From the NCBI GenBank assembly GCA_050273025.1, contig CP158635.1:12462001-12526000 (forward strand): 64,000 nt of DNA, in the 5' to 3' direction. The stretch comes from Cenococcum geophilum. Taxonomy: Eukaryota. Below the pieces are notes generated by a model. The model was given only the letters and a program-made list of their open reading frames with translations, was not told where the DNA came from and ran no database searches. Below, piece after piece: positions 62,701-64,000 of this stretch. The translations under genes were made by a program, and so were the position numbers. How positions within the stretch are numbered: the first letter of the stretch is position 1; every line of letters begins with the position of its first letter.

Positions 62701-64000
62701 GCAGTTATCTGCTTGCTTAATTATCTCTAGATATTACTCCTTCCGTCTTATAAAGCAATGGATACCGTATCTAACGGTGTTATAATACCCGTTACTAAAC
62801 CTTACTCTATAGCAGTCTCAGTCTCTACTTCTATTACGTTATTAAGGTTTAGATACCCCTAGTTAGTTCCTTTACTGTCCTCGTTACTATTAATTAATAA
62901 GTACTCTAACTCCATTATTATTGTTGCTGATTATTGTCCGTATGTTACTATAATATCTTAATCCAGCTTATAGAGTCGATCTTATTCTTTATCTAACTCT
63001 TTAGTTCCTTTAAGTCCCTTTAACTCTGGCTCTTATAGCCAATAGCTTGCACCGTACTTAGTGTCTTTATAAATTTAGTATACGTTGTTATAACAAAACG
63101 CAAAGCTTCTAATTAAATATTCTTTTATTCCTTATAGTACACTATTATCCCTCTATACGTGTGTGTTATATGCTATTAATCTTATTCCCTTTATTGCATA
63201 GTAACTCTAACTATCTTTATAATCCCTCGCGAAGTAACCCTATTTTCCGTAATTTATATAAGCTCCGTCTCTAAACCATTAACTTTATTATGGAGTCCGC
63301 CTAAACGTCTTCTACTATTAAGATCCCTAGTTTAGCCTCTGCTCCTTAGTCCTACGATCACTAGATCCTTAACCTCTAAGTTTTTATAGTTTCTTACTCC
63401 CTCTCTTATAGGCTTCTTTGGTACCGCTTAGGTCTATTAGCTCTACGCCATACTATAGTTTCTAACTTAGCTTTAGTCGTTGCGTACTTTGCGTCTTATA
63501 TAACTATAGAACTCTATCCTAGCCTTTCTTAGCCTATTCCCTTTAGAAGATCCTATTATTGATCTTAATCGCTTAATCTATTAATTCCCTTAGGGTGTCC
63601 GCATCTTCCATCAAAATAATTACGTCCTAAACTTTAGCCTTAAGTCCTTGTTTATACTATACTATAAGCGCCTTATTGTTCCATTTAACCTATATTGCAA
63701 GTATTTAAAACTATATCGTGTATTTAATTATTAAAGTTCGCTGTATTAGGTCCTAAAGCTTTTTCTTTGCTATAGTTATTGCTTCCGGGTCTCTAAATAT
63801 CTATATTAATTGTTCCGCAAATCCTACCTAGCTAGAAAACACAAATTGTACCTCTTAATTTGTAGTAGTTATTCTATTAGTCTATATCTCTATTAAGTAG
63901 AGTTTAAACTATTTAAGTGCCCAACCCGTTAGGAATAGTCCTGCGTAGGCTATTTAGTCCATTATTATGGCTAACTTAGCCCCTTCTTACATGACTTTAA
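56725..64000 (-). mobile_element. Ty3/Gypsy element C, diverged relative of B in inverted orientation; runs off the window in gag
   Basis: LTR 56725-57131 is the reverse-complement homologue of the B LTR, with an adjacent PPT. Chromo, integrase, RNase H, RT, protease and gag are colinear with 44,500-51,250 on the opposite strand. It is inserted in the Crypton N-terminal coding region. Confidence 0.92.
57240..57800 (+). pseudogene. Antisense accessory ORF of Gypsy C (homologue of 50600-51151), 55-nt intron 57472-57526
   Basis: IPKAISSLS*VKRRLRT..LGEVIVIPCSYCAKEGLSYIAIASPFGRQPSSYFKCTCAN..CNV..; same intron position and phase as in B. Confidence 0.65.

Larger units (their letters stand above)
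38760..64000. other. AT-rich, RIP-degenerated nested transposon block
   Basis: TpA excess; paired LTR copies differ mostly by C/T and G/A transitions (e.g. TATTACGG vs TGTTACGG). Confidence 0.93.

Overview
This is eukaryotic DNA from a filamentous ascomycete: short GT..AG introns with CTRAC branch sites, and a heavy RIP signature. The window has three parts. (1) Positions 1 to ~19,990 are an AT/TpA-rich, RIP-degenerated block. It holds many decayed cellular-type ORFs (GNAT acetyltransferase, protein kinase, chromodomain protein, repeat protein, hypotheticals), a DD34E Tc1/IS630-type transposase relic and an impala/mimp-like foldback MITE. (2) Positions ~20,000-38,700 are a GC-balanced gene island: ATG33/SCM4-like gene, a flavin-reductase-like gene interrupted by a 782-bp hAT element with a perfect 8-bp TSD, a SnoaL-like gene, a head-to-head pair of a retropepsin-like protease gene and a DUF6594-type membrane protein gene, an SHD1-like hypothetical and an amidase. 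(3) Positions ~38,760-64,000 are a nested RIP-degenerated transposon pile. A CryptonF (Ndc10/GCR1_C tyrosine recombinase) is split by a Fot1-type MITE and by chromoviral Gypsy element A, which itself contains Gypsy B, and is cut again by Gypsy C. Top leads are the protease/DUF6594 divergent pair, the gene-laden RIPped block (possible giant mobile element), a conserved intron-containing antisense Cys6 ORF in Gypsy B/C, and the possibility that the hAT insertion is spliced out in frame. Relic translations were made by hand, reading RIP-type C>T/G>A changes back. Domain names come from motif recognition, not database searches.
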